Shown here piece by piece: positions 36,031 through 49,165 of a stretch of 64,000 bases of DNA; within the stretch, counting starts at the first letter, position 1; every line of letters begins with the position of its first letter. The notes beneath the pieces are model-generated. The model did not search any database and was not told the DNA's origin. It saw nothing but the letters and a program-made list of their open reading frames with translations. The DNA is taken from contig CM075989.1 of the NCBI GenBank assembly GCA_038087875.1, positions 21,640,001 to 21,704,000 of the forward strand. The letters are read 5' to 3'. The stretch comes from Malacoraja senta. Lineage: Eukaryota. The translations under genes were made by a program, and so were the position numbers.

Positions 36031-36193
36031 CAGTCAGAACCCCTGACAGTCCTCACTAGTTATTTGCTTTAAAGAATAAACTCTTAAACTAAGGTCTTAC
36101 TTGGGCTTCTGAAGATTGATTTAACACCTTGCAGCTCCCTCACCATCTACAGTACCAAAGGGCTTCCGAACACTCTCTCCCTCTCCCCCTCAT

Positions 36194-36224
<31 letters not shown>

Positions 36225-36824
36225 CTCTCCTCCTCCCCCCCCCCCCCCACCCACCCCTCTTTCTCTCTCCCTTTCTCTCTCGATCATAATTCCTGGACAT
36301 TTCCTTCCCCACACACAAGAAGCACAATATATAACAACTCCTCAGTGGTCCTGAGATCAGCAATGTCGGAGGTTTGCAGCGATTGAAGCAATAATCCACT
36401 ATTTACAACATACATTAATTCTGGTCCCTCTTCTTTGAATCAATACCATTAGATCCTTCTAAAAATTTTTTTAAAGAAAAGAACACATTTTCCACACATT
36501 TCCTCAGAATTCTCCGGGAACTTTCACGCACTCTGTTCCAGCAGTTCCAACTCTGAACAGTTTTTTTTATTATGTTTTCAATCATTATCTATCCACTTGA
36601 TGGCTCTAAAGTACAGGCAGGCCAGGTAAACAAAAAGAGTGTTTGTTTTAGTGCCCTTTCAGTTATGAAGGTGTCAGGGTCACAGGAGGCTGGAAGATAA
36701 TGTGGGTGATATCACCTGATAACGGCCCAGCAGCTTCATGGGACATTCCTTTCTCTGCTCCTTTCTCTTCTCTTTTAAAGAGGTATTCACACACATGCCG
36801 TCTACTATTAGTTTAGTTTAGGTT

Positions 36825-37205
36825 ACACATACAAAATGCTGGAGTAACTCAGCAGGACAGGCAGCATCTCTGGAAAAAGGAATGGGTGAAGACCCTTCTT
36901 CAGACCCGACACGAAACGTCACCCATTCCTTCTCTCCAGAGATGCTGCTTGTCCCGCTGAGTTACTCCAGCTTTTTGTGTCTATCTCTGTTTTAAACCAG
37001 CATCTGCAGTTCCTTCCTACACATTATGTTTAAGAAGGAACTGCAGATGCTGGAAAAATCGAAGGTTGACAAAATTGCTGGAGAAACTCAGCGGGTGAGG
37101 CAGCATCTATGGAGCGAAGGTCTCGACCCGAAACGTCACCTATTCCTTCGCTCCATAGATGCTGCCTCACCAGCTGAGTTTCTCCAGCATTTTTGGCTAC
37201 CTTCC
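36825..37205. mobile_element. Two adjacent Penelope-like inverted terminal-repeat pairs
   Basis: Arm and anti-arm palindromes of the GCTGGAG(T/A)AACTCAGC repeat. Confidence 0.65.
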
Positions 37206-37217
37206 TACACATTATTT

Positions 37218-37802
37218 CAGTTTAGTTTAGTTTAGTTTAGGTCAGAGAAACAGGCCCTTCGACCCATCGAGTCCATGCCGACCCACACACACTATCCTAC
37301 ACACTGGGGACAATTTACAATGACACCAAGCTCATTAACCTACAAACCTTTACCTCTGAGAAAACACACGCAGGTCATTGGAAGAACGTATAAACTCCGT
37401 ACAAACAGCACCCGAGGTGAGGATCGAACCCGGGTCTCTGGCGCTGAAACGGGGCTGTCCCACTGTACGAGCAAATTCAAGAGTTCTCCAGAGTTTCCCC
37501 TGATTCGAACGCGGAGAATTACGGTAATAGCCGCTCGTAGGTACTCGGGGCTCTCGTGGACATTTTCCAACATGTTGAAAAATCTTCACGAGTCTTCCCG
37601 AGCTTACCGCGTTTCCCGAGTACCTGCCGTTAGCGTTACGAGCCGCTAAGAGACGTCCCGAGCTCCGACGTACCCGCTACGTACATTCTACGTGCTTCCA
37701 CGAGTTTGATTTTTTTAAAACTCGGGAGAGCTCTTGAATTCGCTCGTACAGTGGGACAGGCCCTTAAGGCTGCAACTCTACCGCTGCGCCACCATGCTGC
37801 CC
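37218..37802 (-). mobile_element. HE1-like SINE interrupted by MITE family B
   Basis: Halves rejoin as GCGCTG(T)AA|GGC. Confidence 0.8.
37450..37764. mobile_element. Harbinger-like MITE, family B
   Basis: TIR CGGGGCTGTCCCACTGTACGAG / CTCGTACAGTGGGACAGGCCCT, flanks AAA/TAA. Confidence 0.85.
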
Positions 37803-38613
37803 TAAATCGCCATTGGTAATATTTTACCCAGTATGGCCTGAAAGATGCTTGCTCCAAATGCATGATTAAAATTTACTTCAAGATGCACAAGAGCGCAGAA
37901 ACTATGATTTTTGTAGAAAGCAAAGATTTGTCTTGAAAATTCAAATAAAATTTAAGAACGTCTTAATGACTTAATTGTGCTTTTAAGCACTTTTAACGAT
38001 ATTATTTGAATTTATAATACTCAAATATGTTGTCCTCTGACTTTCAGATGTTGAGCCTTGAATGCTTGGAACAATATGATGCAAATTAAACTCTCTGTTT
38101 AGGAAAAGTGATTTTTTTTTTGTTCTAATTAAGCCAATGATTCCTAATCAATTGCAGATTCCAATTAATGGGAACTTTTATTAATACCTTCACTTCTGTT
38201 CTAGTGTTTTAATGGCCCTGGTAAGCTCTTTAAAACGACACTAAAACAGTTGAATGCTGTTAATTTCTTTTTTCCCTGGATATTGAAAATAAACAGTAAG
38301 GCTCCAATGTGTTCAGCATCTGCTTGCTTTGTGTACTAGAGGGAGGCGTCACTTTGCTGGCTGGCCAGATGCAGGTTGATAGTAATATCAACAGGAAAGA
38401 ATGGGAAGAGTGTTTTTGTCCCTTTGTTTGACTTAGTCATGAGTGACCCAGTGATGTGCTGGTGGCCCTGCAAGGATTGGTTGCTGTTAGAATTATGCAA
38501 TGTCATTCGCTGTCCTATTTGCAACTACTGACCAAGGCAGACTGTTGAAAGATGAGTAAGGCCTGGATAGAGTGGACACGAAATGCTGGAGTAACTCAGC
38601 GGGACAGGCAGTA

Positions 38614-38760
38614 TGTCCGGAGAGAAGGAATGGGTGACGTTCCGCGTCGAGACCCTTCCTCAGACTGTCTGGAGAGAAGGAATGGGTGACGTTCCGCGTC
38701 GAGACCCTTCCTCAGACTGTCCGGAGAGAAGGAATGGGTGACGTTTCAGGTCGAGACCCT
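38614..38760. repeat. 52-bp tandem repeat (about 2.8 units) of the Penelope terminal-repeat core
   Basis: Units start at 38614, 38666 and 38718. Confidence 0.85.
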
Positions 38761-38764
38761 ACTG

Positions 38765-39100
38765 TGGAGAGGATGTTTCTACTGGTGGGTGAGTCTAGGA
38801 CCAGGGGTCATAGCCTCAGAATTAAAGGATGTTCCTTTAGGAAGGAGTTGAGGAGGAATTTTTTCAGTCAGAGGGTGGCGAATCGGTGGAATTCATTGCC
38901 ACAGAAGGCTGTGGAGGCCCATTCAGTGGATATTTTTAAAGTAGAGATAGATAGATTCTTGATCAGTGGAGGTGTCAGGGGTTGTGGGGAGAAGGCAGGA
39001 GAATGGGGTTGGGATGGAGATATAGATCCGCCATGATTGAATGGCGGAGTAGACCTGATGGGCCGAATGGCCTAATTCTCCTCCTATCACTTATGAACAT
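38765..39100 (+). mobile_element. CR1 type II 3' fragment
   Basis: VERMFLLVGESRTRGHSLRIKG..WNSLPQK plus tail. Confidence 0.8.
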
Positions 39101-39239
39101 TAATTTATCATTCATTCATATATTCATATCTAGTATTGACGCAAATTACAATCTGCATGCATTTAATATTGTGTCACTTAGATTTCAGCTTACCCCATGC
39201 TGAATATGGACATATATTTTGCCTTTTCTTTACACCTGT

Positions 39240-39940
39240 CCACAGTGGTGCAGCGGTAGAGTTGCTGCCTTCCAGCACTCACAGCGCCAGAGACCCAAGT
39301 TCGATCCTGACTATGGGTGCCGTCTGTACAAGGTTTGTACGTACTCCCCCTGACCTGCGTGGGTTTTCCTCGAGAATCTCGGTTTCCTCCCACACTCGAA
39401 AGACGTAAAGATTTTTAGGTTGTGGGAAGGAACTGCAGATGCTGGTTTAAACTGAAAATAGACACAAAATGCTGGAGTAACTCAGCTGGACAGGGAGCAT
39501 CTCCGGATAGAAGGAATGGGTGACGTTTCATGGAAAATAGGTGCAGGCATAGTCCATTCGGCCCTTAGAGCCAGCACTGCCATTCAATATGATCATGGCT
39601 GATCATCCAAAATCGGTACCCCATTCCTGCTTTTTCCCTCATATCCCTTGATTCCTTTAGCCCTAAGAGCTGAATCTAACTCTCTCTTGAAAATATCCAG
39701 TGAATTGGCCTCCACTGCCTTCTGAGGCAGAGAATTCCCCAGATTCACAACTCACTGGGTGAAAACGTTTTTCTTCATTATCCTCATCATCGGGTTGAGG
39801 CCCTTCTTCAGACGCGTTTGTAGGTTAATTGGCTTGGTATAAATGTAAAAATTGTCCCCAGAGTAGGATAGTGTTAGTGTGTGGGGATCGCTGGTCTGTG
39901 GGCCGAAGGGGCTGGTTCCGCGCTGTATCTCTAAACTAAA
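39240..39940 (+). mobile_element. HE1-like SINE split by a Penelope-like repeat, itself split by a minus-strand CR1 tail (39530-39790)
   Basis: SINE head 39240-39420, SINE tail 39815-39940; the Penelope arm ends GACGTTTC and resumes GGGTTGAGGCCCTTCTTCAGAC. Confidence 0.7.
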
Positions 39941-40590
39941 CGAGACAAAACCCCCCACCAGTCCAAGCAAAAAGTGTTTTTCCTCAAACAAATCTCTTTG
40001 AAGGCAACCCATTTCTTAAAGCATTAGATCTCGAGGAGAAACCCAGAGGGGCGCTTTATGGCCCTGCAGTGGACACTCTGGAGGTTGTTATATTTTAACA
40101 TCTGTGCCCTGACTGCACACACTGTCAAATTTATGATACGGAAACCACAGGAAACATTTATCATGTGACTTGTGAAAGTATTAGCTCGATGAAATCTGAC
40201 ATTAATACATTTGGTGTACGAGACATTTCACGACCGCTGAGCGTCTTTTTAGGACTTGGATTCAAATCTTGCCTTAGTATAGTTCCGAAAAGCTGGTACA
40301 TGTTTGAAATAAATTTAACTCTAACAGTATCAATCATCTTTCCAGTGTGCTGGAGAATACGGCAGGAATCTGATCTAAATTGGGCTAAGTTGACAGTGAT
40401 GCAGTGATCTTGTTGCCCTGCTCATCTCCACAATGCGTGAAATGTTATCCACGAATCCGGGCAGCTGGGAGTGTAGACTGATACAGTAACTTATTCCAGC
40501 CATGCATTGTGTTCCAAAATAAAAATTACGGCCATCTCCCTGTAAGCTGGGACGTCAGTCTCTGCTACAAACCTGTGTGAGTTCCCCATC

Positions 40591-41070
40591 GCCGCACGGT
40601 GGCGCAGTGGTAGAGTTGCCGCCATACAGCGCCAGAGACCCGGGTTCCATCCTGACTACAGGTGCTTGTCTGTACGCAGTTTGTACGTTCTCCCCGTGAC
40701 CTGCGTAAGGTTTCTCCGGGATCTCCGGTTTCCTCCCACACTCCAAAGGCGTACCAAAGGTTTGTAGGTAAATTGGCTTGGTACAAATGTAAAATTGTCC
40801 CGAGTGTGTGTAGGGTAGTGTTAGTGTGCGGGGATAGCTCTCCCCTTGACCTGTGTGGGTTTTCTCCAGGATCTCAGGTGGGCAAATCCCCGATCTATTC
40901 CTCTCATGATCTTGTACACCTCTGTAAGTTCAACCCTCATCCTCCTGCGCTCTAATGAGTAGAGTCCCAGCCTGCTCAACCTCTCCCCGTCGTCCAGGTC
41001 CTTGAGTCCTGGCAACATCCTCGTAAATCCTCCCTGCACCCTTTCCAGCTTGACAACATCTTTCCCACGA
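40591..41070. mobile_element. HE1-like SINE (+, 40591-40835) and CR1 ORF2 fragment (-, 40890-41070)
   Basis: SINE match; KLERVQGGFTRMLPGL..LGLYSLERRRMR. Confidence 0.75.
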
Positions 41071-41134
41071 CAGTCCACACTTTAATGCAACCGTGGAGCA
41101 CATTTAATACCGACGAAAGGAAATTAATTTCAAG

Positions 41135-41570
41135 ATAGACAGAAATGCTGGGGAAACTCAGCGGGTGCAGCAGCATCTATGGAGCGAAGGAAATAGGCAA
41201 CGTTTCGGCCCGAAACGTTGCCTAATTCCTTCGCTCCATTCGATTTTCCAGCATCTGCAGTTCCTTCTTAAACAATTAATTTCAAGAGTCCAGAGTCAAG
41301 TGTCAAGTGTCAAGAGGGTTTTATTGTCATGTGTCCCAGATAGAACAATGAAATTCTTACTTGCTGCAGCACAACAGAATGTGTAATCATAGTACATAAC
41401 AGGAGAAAAAAAAAAAAAGTACACAAAAATGCTGGAGAAACTCAGCGGGTGCAGCAGCAACTATGGAGCGAAGGAAATAGGTAACGTTTCGGGCCGAAAT
41501 CCTTCTTCAGACTGATAGGGGGTGGGGAGAAGAAAGGAAAAAAGGAAAGAGGCGGAGGAGGAGAAAAAAA
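41135..41570. mobile_element. Penelope-like terminal repeats (second subfamily) flanking a Rex1-like tail
   Basis: GCTGGAGAAACTCAGCGGGTGCAGCAGC..AACGTTTCGGGCCGAAATCCTTCTTCAG. Confidence 0.65.
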
Positions 41571-42055
41571 AAGTTCAGTGTGTGTATGTACACATGCACA
41601 CATACTCAATAAATATACAAATATAGTGCAATAATAATAATAGTCTGAGGTAAAATATACTGACATTTGTTTTAGATATGCACTTATTGGAGCCAGAATT
41701 ACTTTTCCATTCCTAATTTACTTTGAGTAGCGATGGCAATCTGCCTTCTTAAACAACCTGCAGCACTAGCACTGATGGGATTTCCATGTTATACGTCTCA
41801 CCACTGATGCTACTGCGCCTTCTGAGTATCCCCATGTGGAATTTTAGTTAAGATAGATACAAAAAGCTGGAGCAACTCAGCGGGACCAGCAGCATCTCCG
41901 GAGAGAAGGAATGGGTGACGTTTTGGGTCGAGACCCTTCTTCAGACTTTCAGAATTTTAGTTAGATTTCCAGCATTTTCACTGTATTGACTTTTGCCTCC
42001 CACCGTGCGGTTTGATGGGGGTGATCCAGGATTCAGACACTGCAATGGCGAAGCA

Positions 42056-42357
42056 CGGCAGGGTGGCGCAGCGGTAGAGCTGCTGCCTCACAGCGCCAGA
42101 GACCCGGGTTCGATCCTGACTACGGGTGCCGTCTGTACGGAGTTTGTACGTTCTCCCCGTGACCTGCGTGGGTTTTCTCCGGGTGCTCCGGTTTCCTCCC
42201 ACACTCCAAAGATGTACAGGTGCTTTGGATAATTGGCTTGGTAAAATTGTAAAATTGTTCCTTGTGTGTGTAGGATCGTGCTGGTGAACAGGGATCGCTG
42301 GTCGGCGCGGACCCAGTGGGGCGATGATCCTGTATCTCTAAACTAAAAGTAAAACTA
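42056..42357 (+). mobile_element. HE1-like SINE
   Basis: Full-length match. Confidence 0.85.
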
Positions 42358-43099
42358 CAATAAGGAGATGGCCAAGAGAACCAGGCAACATCAGGAAACA
42401 AAAGTCAGGCAGCAAATTATTACAATCTAGAGTTGACTGCATTAAAGACTGGCAGAAATCAGATTCAACACAATTTTCTAGCTGGGAAATGATAAGCAAT
42501 TAAATGGGATAACATCACTGTACCATTGGCAATGGACAGAATTTGGGACTATGACTTGCAAATGCTGGCACAGGCAAGATGTTGCAAGCGATCTCCTGTT
42601 TTACTTGGAAAGCAAATAACATTTTCCACAAACAACCCGGATGACTTTCGTCTGAATAAGAACATAATGTAAGAAATCGGAGCCTGATAGTCCTTGGAGC
42701 CTAATCTGCCATTTAATAGCATCTTTTACCTCAGCGCTTTTCTGCAGTATTGCCATTATCCTTGATTCTTTTCGTACCCAAATGCCTTGATTATTTTCAC
42801 TGACTGAGCTGACACAGCCATCTGAGACAGAGAATTTCAAAGATTCACAGCTCGTTGAATGAAGAAATTTAATCTTATTTCATTCCTAAATGGCCAAGCC
42901 ATTATTCGGAAATTGTGATCACTGATCTTAGAATCTTAAGATCTGGGAGACGGCCTCTCTAACCCCAACTTAAGCATCTTATATTATTCATAGAGATCAA
43001 TTAGCTTAGTCATTCAAGTCCAGGCAGTATCCTCTTTCCAATAAACATTGCACTTCATCGATGACAAGTAATCCTCAACTGTACACTTTCATGCAGAAA

Positions 43100-43910
43100 C
43101 AAAGAACTGCAGAAGGTGGTTTGCATAAAAAGACACAAAGTGCTGGAGTAACTCAGCGGGTCAGGCAGCATCTCTGGTGACCATGGAGGTCATAAGGTCA
43201 TAAGTAATAGGAGCAGAATTAGGCCATTCGGCCCATCAATTCTCCTCCGCCATTCAATCATGGCTAACGGAATCAAGGGATATGGGGAGGAAGCAGGAAC
43301 GAGGTACTGAATTTCTTCAGTCTGCAGAAAGGTCCCGACCACAAACGTCACCTGTCCATGTTCTCCAGAGATGCTGCTTGACCTGCTGAGTTACTCCAGC
43401 ACTCTGTGTCTTTTTTTGTACACTTTAGCACTGGTGATAGAAAGGTCTTTCTTTCAATTTAATTGTTTTATTTACTCTCTGTTCCTTTGCAATAAAGGTT
43501 AAAACATAATTCACTCTTCCCACAGCTTACTTGGATGTTTGTAGTCTGTACTGAGGAACAGGCTTTCTAGTTCCTTGATGAACAGTAACATAGAAACATA
43601 GAAAATAGGTGCAAGAGTAGGCCATTCGGCCCTTCAAGCCAGCAGCGCCATTTAATATGATCATGGCCAAAATCTGCACCCCGTTCCTGCTTTCTCCCCA
43701 TATCCCTTGATTCCGCTAGCCCTAAGAGCTACATCTAACTCTCTCCTGTATATATCACATACTATTCGGGTGTCAGGAGTTATGGGGAGAAGGCAGGAGA
43801 ATGGGGTTAGGAGGGAGAGATAGATCAGCCATGATTGAATGGTGGAGGAGACTTGATGGGCCGAATGGCCTAATTCTGCTCCTATCACTTATGACCTTAT
43901 GACCTTATGT
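43100..43910. mobile_element. Cluster of Penelope-like inverted repeats and CR1 tails
   Basis: Matches to other copies; (CTATGTTT)n and (CTTATGAC)n tails. Confidence 0.65.
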
Positions 43911-44179
43911 AGTAGGTACTGCTACATACTTATGGTACTAGTTCAGCAATTTGCAAGGGAATACTGTAAATCAAATTCAATGGACAGGAATCAGGAATAA
44001 GTGGTTAGAATCATGAAGAATAAATTGATCTCTTATCTCACAGTGACAGAGTTCGAAGGCAATAGATATTCACTACATTACAATTTTACTGAACGTTTTG
44101 TGTGAGCAATGAAAGGGAATTTAGGCACTTCAAAGGAACGACCATGAATTATTGGGGAGTTGTTTCTTTATACATATAA

Positions 44180-44566
44180 AATTATAAAATTATAAAAGGA
44201 CTGGACAAGCTAGATGCAGGAAAAATGTTCCCAATGTTGGGCGAGTCCAGAACCAGGGGCCACAGTCTTAGAATAAAGGGGAGGTCATTTAAGACTGAGG
44301 TGAGAAAAAACGTTTTCACCCAGAGAGTTGTGAATTTGTGGAATTCCCTGCCACAGAGGGCAGTGGAGGCCAAGTCACTGGATGGATTTAAGAGAGAGTT
44401 AGATAGAGCTCTAGGGGCTAGTGGATTCAAGGGATATGGGGAGAAGGCAGGCACGGGTTATTGATAGGGGACGATCAGCCATGATCAGAATGAATGGCGG
44501 TGCTGGCTCGAAGGGCCGAATGGCCGCCTCCTACACCTATTTTCTATGTTTCTATGTTTCTATGTT
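44180..44566 (+). mobile_element. CR1 type I 3' fragment
   Basis: KGLDKLDAGKMFPMLGESRTRGHSLRIKG..GYGEKAGTGY stop plus (CTATGTTT)n. Confidence 0.9.
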
Positions 44567-44869
44567 TATAATATTTGCACCAAGAATATTTTCAACATGA
44601 AATAGTTCATCCTGCAAGTAATCATTGGGTGCTTGTGTAATTTGATAAGGACCAACAAGTGTGTGAAGGGGTAGAATGTAAAAAGATAGAATAAAGTATT
44701 ATTACAGTAGATAGCAGAAATGATATCAATGGGCTTTGTAATTCTCTAGATAGCATGGCCATAAGATGTTCTATTCGTGAAAGAAAATTAATTGATGGCA
44801 ATGCAGGCCTGCAACAGAATATGTGACTTGAAATCTATCACCTATGTGTAAAAATAAAATTAAAAAATA

Positions 44870-45152
44870 GTGGCATGGTGGTGCAGTGGTAGAGTTGCAG
44901 CCTTACAGCAGCAGAGACCCGGGTACGATCCTGACTGTTGGGTGCTGTCTGTGCAGAATCTTTATGTTCTCCCTGTGACCTGCGTGGGTTTTCTCCGGGT
45001 GCTCCGGTTTCCTCCCACACTCCAAAGACGTACAGGATTGTAGATTAATTGGCTTTGGTAAAATTGTCCGTAATGTGTAGGATAACGCTAGTGCACGGGG
45101 TGATCGTTGGACTCAGTGGGCCGTGGGGCCTGGTATCTCTAAAATCTAAAGT
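44870..45152 (+). mobile_element. HE1-like SINE
   Basis: Full-length match. Confidence 0.8.
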
Positions 45153-45619
45153 CGAGAGTCACAGCCCTGATGTCCCCTGTTGCTAAAGAAAGCTTTCTCC
45201 TTCCTCAACATAGAGTAAGGTGCAGAAAGGACTGCTTTGTACATATGGTACACAGATCAGTAGGTGATACGAAGGATTGGATATTGGGAATCCAGTAAAC
45301 ACCTGTGGGAGAATCATTTACCCGCAGCTTCTAATCAAGGTCTGGATTTAGTGATGGACATTATTAGTCATTATTTATAATTTAAATTGCCTGGACATTT
45401 CAACAAACTACTTCCTTATTTCTGCCTTTGCAACAGGTCCATAATTTGTTGCAGATTCCATTGGAGGCCGGCACTTATTGGAACGTGTATTTTTTTTCCC
45501 AGCTAAATTGCTTGTGATCGTATGAGCGCAGTTTCCGCAAGATGTTGCTGCCGGCAAGTCCTATGATGTAACACGCAGGCAGTGGAGATTTCACAAAGAA
45601 TATTAGGAATGGATTTAAG

Positions 45620-46671
45620 GTTAAAGATACAGCACGGAAACTGGCCCTTCAGCCCACCGAGTCCATGCCGACCATCGATCACCCATTCACACTGGTTCTA
45701 TGTAATTTAATCTTCTCACACACTAGGGGCAATTTTGCAGAGGCCAATTAACCTACGTACTCACACACCTTTAAGATTCTTAGACAGGTACACGGATAGG
45801 AAGGGTTTCAGCCCGAAACGTTGCCTATTTCCTTCGCTCCATAGATGCTGCTGCACCCGCTGAGTTTCTCCAGCATTTTTGTGTACCTACACGGATAGGA
45901 CAAGTTTGGACAGAAATGGACCAAACGCAGGCAGGTGGGACTAGTGTAGGTGGGACATGTTGGCCGGTGTGGGCATGTTGGGCTGAAGGGCCTGTTTCTA
46001 CACTGTGTCACTCTACCACTCTAGGATTCTATGTGGGAGGAAAATGGAGCATCCAGAAGAAACCAGTGTGGTCACAGGAATGTCATCAGGTCATAAGCTT
46101 TTGTTTTAGTTTAGTTTAGTTTAGTTTAGAGATACAGCGCGGAAATAGGCCCTTCGGCCCACCGGGTCTGTGCCGACCAGCGATCCCCGCACATTAACAC
46201 TTTCCTACACCCAATAGGGACATTTAAAAAAAAACATTTAGCAAGCCAATTAACCTACAAACCTGTACCTCTTTGGAGTGTGGGAGGATCTCGGAGAAAA
46301 CCCACACAGGTCAAGGGGAGAATGTACAAAGTCCATACAGACAGCACCCGTAGAAGGGATCGAACCCGGGTCTCCGACGCTGCATTCGCTGTAAGGAAGG
46401 AACTGTGCCACCGTGACCGCCCGACAAGGGATAGGAGTAGAATGAGGCCATTTGGCCCATCAGGTCTGCTCCGCCATTCAATCATGGCTGATCTACTGTA
46501 CCTCTCCGTCCTAACCCCATTCTCCGGCCTTCTCTTCATAACCTCTGACACCTGTATTAATCAAGGAAGAACATGCAAACTCCACACAGACAGCACCCGA
46601 GGTCAGATTTGAACCTGGGTCTCTGGTGCTGTGAGGCAGCAGCTCTACCAGCTGCACCACTCTGCTGCCCT
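45620..46671. mobile_element. Cluster of HE1-like SINE pieces (full copy 46100-46415, minus), a CR1 type III tail and a Penelope repeat arm
   Basis: Matches to other copies. Confidence 0.7.
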
Positions 46672-47094
46672 TGAAAAGCTCGTCATCACTGTCATAGATG
46701 CCACTGTTAAAGATTAGCTTAACGACTGAAAACCATCAATACTATCGACAGTGTTTGGGAATACCTTCCCTTTTGCATTCCACTGGCAGTCCTCGTGTTA
46801 GGAAGGTACAACACTTCACATGGTGTAAAAAAATAAAGTAGGGAAAGTAGGAATTAGGTAATGAAATGCAATATGGTGAATGCATTTCCAGGCATCAGAA
46901 TGCCCCTAAATTCCTTACGGTCAATTCAATCCCATTGAATGGAGGGTTCCATTCAAAGCTGGAAAATGTGAGTCAAGGGTGTTTAATTGCCATATGTACC
47001 AGGAATGGAAGATTCAATGTGTCTCTGTGCTGTGTGTGAGGCAGCAACTCTACCGCTGCGCCACTATGCCGCGCATGAATTTTAAAGTTGTTTT

Positions 47095-47950
47095 TGTTTA
47101 GTTTTAGTTTGTAGGTAGAGCGCAGAAACAGGCCCTTCGGCCCTACCGAGTCCACACCCACCAACAGTCCCTGCACTCTAACGCTATCCTACACACACTG
47201 GGGAACAATTTACAATTATACCTGTACGTCTTTAGAGTGTGGGAGGAAACCGGAGATCCCGGAGAAAACCCATGCAGGTCACGGGGAGAACGTACAAACT
47301 CCGTACAGACAGCACCCGTGGTCAGGTTCGGACCCGGGTCTCTGGCGCTGTGAGGCAGCAACTCTACCGCTTTGAGGCAGCAACTCTACCGCAGCGCCAC
47401 CATGCCGCCCATGGATTAATGCACTAAATTCCAGAAAGCTTCATCGTACACAATAGCTTCCAGAATGAGGTAAAAAGCTGAAGGCTTCACAAAACAACCA
47501 AAGGCAGCTTCTGTATAATAGCACAAACACGACAGAGTCGGTCTAGAGCTTTACACCTAAGCGAGCATGTTAAACAAAATATCTGTAATTACATTACTGA
47601 TCACAGTTAACAGCTTGCAAACAAGGCCTAATTATTATTCCAATTTCCACAGACCATTCAAACCACTGGTGCTGCTGTTTAGTTTAGTTTGGTTTAGTTT
47701 TGAGATTCAGCGCGGCAGTCCATGCCGTCCATCGATCTCCCGTTCCAGTTCACTGTTATCTCACTTTCTCACTCCATAGGCACTCGGGGCAGTTTACAGA
47801 GGGCCAATTAACCTACAAACCTTTTTGGATGTGGGGGGAAACCCAAGCGGTCACTGGGAGAATGTGCAAACTCCGCACAGACAGCACCCAAGGTCAGGAT
47901 CGAACCCGGGTCTCTGGTGCTGTGAGGCAGCCACTCTACCAGCTGTGCCC
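47095..47950 (-). mobile_element. Two HE1-like SINEs (47095-47410 and 47678-47950)
   Basis: Reverse-strand matches. Confidence 0.8.
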
Positions 47951-48030
47951 CCATATCCTAGGAAGTAAAAAACTGCCAACATGTACACGACATGTACATA
48001 TGATATCACACACTATAAAACCGTGCCTTA

Positions 48031-49165
48031 AGAGCCTGTCCCACTTGGACGACCTAATCCACAAGTTTAGAAGACCCTAGACGAGTTTAAAAAAATGTCA
48101 TGTTGACTCGCCGAAGTAAAAGACCTCCTACGACTATGTCTACGACCTCCTACGACTCCCCTCGACCTCAGTCTTCCACACCAACTACGACTAGCTACGA
48201 GTGGGAAATTATCACATGATAAAATGATGTCATGTTTGCATTTTTTTTCTCAGGCCAGTTACCGACCTACGACTACTTACGACTACCTACGACTACCCAC
48301 GACTACCCACGACTACCCACGACTACCCACGACTACCCACGACTACCTACGACCTACCTACGACTACCCACGACTACCCACGACTACCCACGACTACCCA
48401 CGACTACCCACGACTATCTACGACTACCCACGACTACCCACGACTACCCACGACTACCCACGACTATCCACGACTACCCACGACTACCCACGACTACCCA
48501 CGACTACCTACGACTACCTACGACTACCCACGACTACCCACGACTACCCACGACTACCCACGACTATCTACGACCTACCTACGACTACCCACGACTACCC
48601 ACGACTACCTACGACTACCCACGACTATCTACGACTACCCACGACTACCCACGACTACCCACGACTACCCACGACTACCCACGACTACCCACGACTATCT
48701 ACGACTACCCACGACTACCCACGACTACCCACGACTACCCACGACTACCCACGACTACCCACGACTACCCACGACTATCCACGACTACCCACGACTACCA
48801 TCACGACTACCCACGACTACCTACGACTACCCACGACTACCCACGACTACCCACGACTACCTACGACTACCTACGACTACCATCACTGCCTACTACGATC
48901 TACCTACGACTTAACTACGAGTAAAAAGCATCAATTTTTTCCATGCCGACCTTTTTTTTACTCGTAGACATTTTTTATCAGGCTGGAAAAAATGCCGAGA
49001 CATACTTGAGGCCACGAGTACGCGGAGACCACTCACGAGCACGAGGAAGAGTTACGAAGACCTCCTACGACCTCCTACCACCTGGTGGCGACCACACTGC
49101 GAGTATGAGCCAAGGGCAAACTCAGCAGAGGTCACCAATTAGGTTGTGAAAGTGGGACAGGGGCT
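48031..49165. mobile_element. Harbinger-like MITE family A with an expanded internal minisatellite
   Basis: TIR AGAGCCTGTCCCACT / AGTGGGACAGGGGCT, flanks TTA/TTC; inverted homolog of 17106-17643. Confidence 0.85.
48265..48885. repeat. 10-bp minisatellite (ACGACTACCC/ACGACTACCT)n, about 60 units
   Basis: Direct inspection. Confidence 0.95.

Noticed and set aside
48224..48967. 247-aa and 230-aa repetitive ORFs (YPRLPTTTHD)n; possible CRISPR-like array
   Set aside because: Translation of a stop-free 10-bp minisatellite inside a MITE; no unique spacers; eukaryotic context
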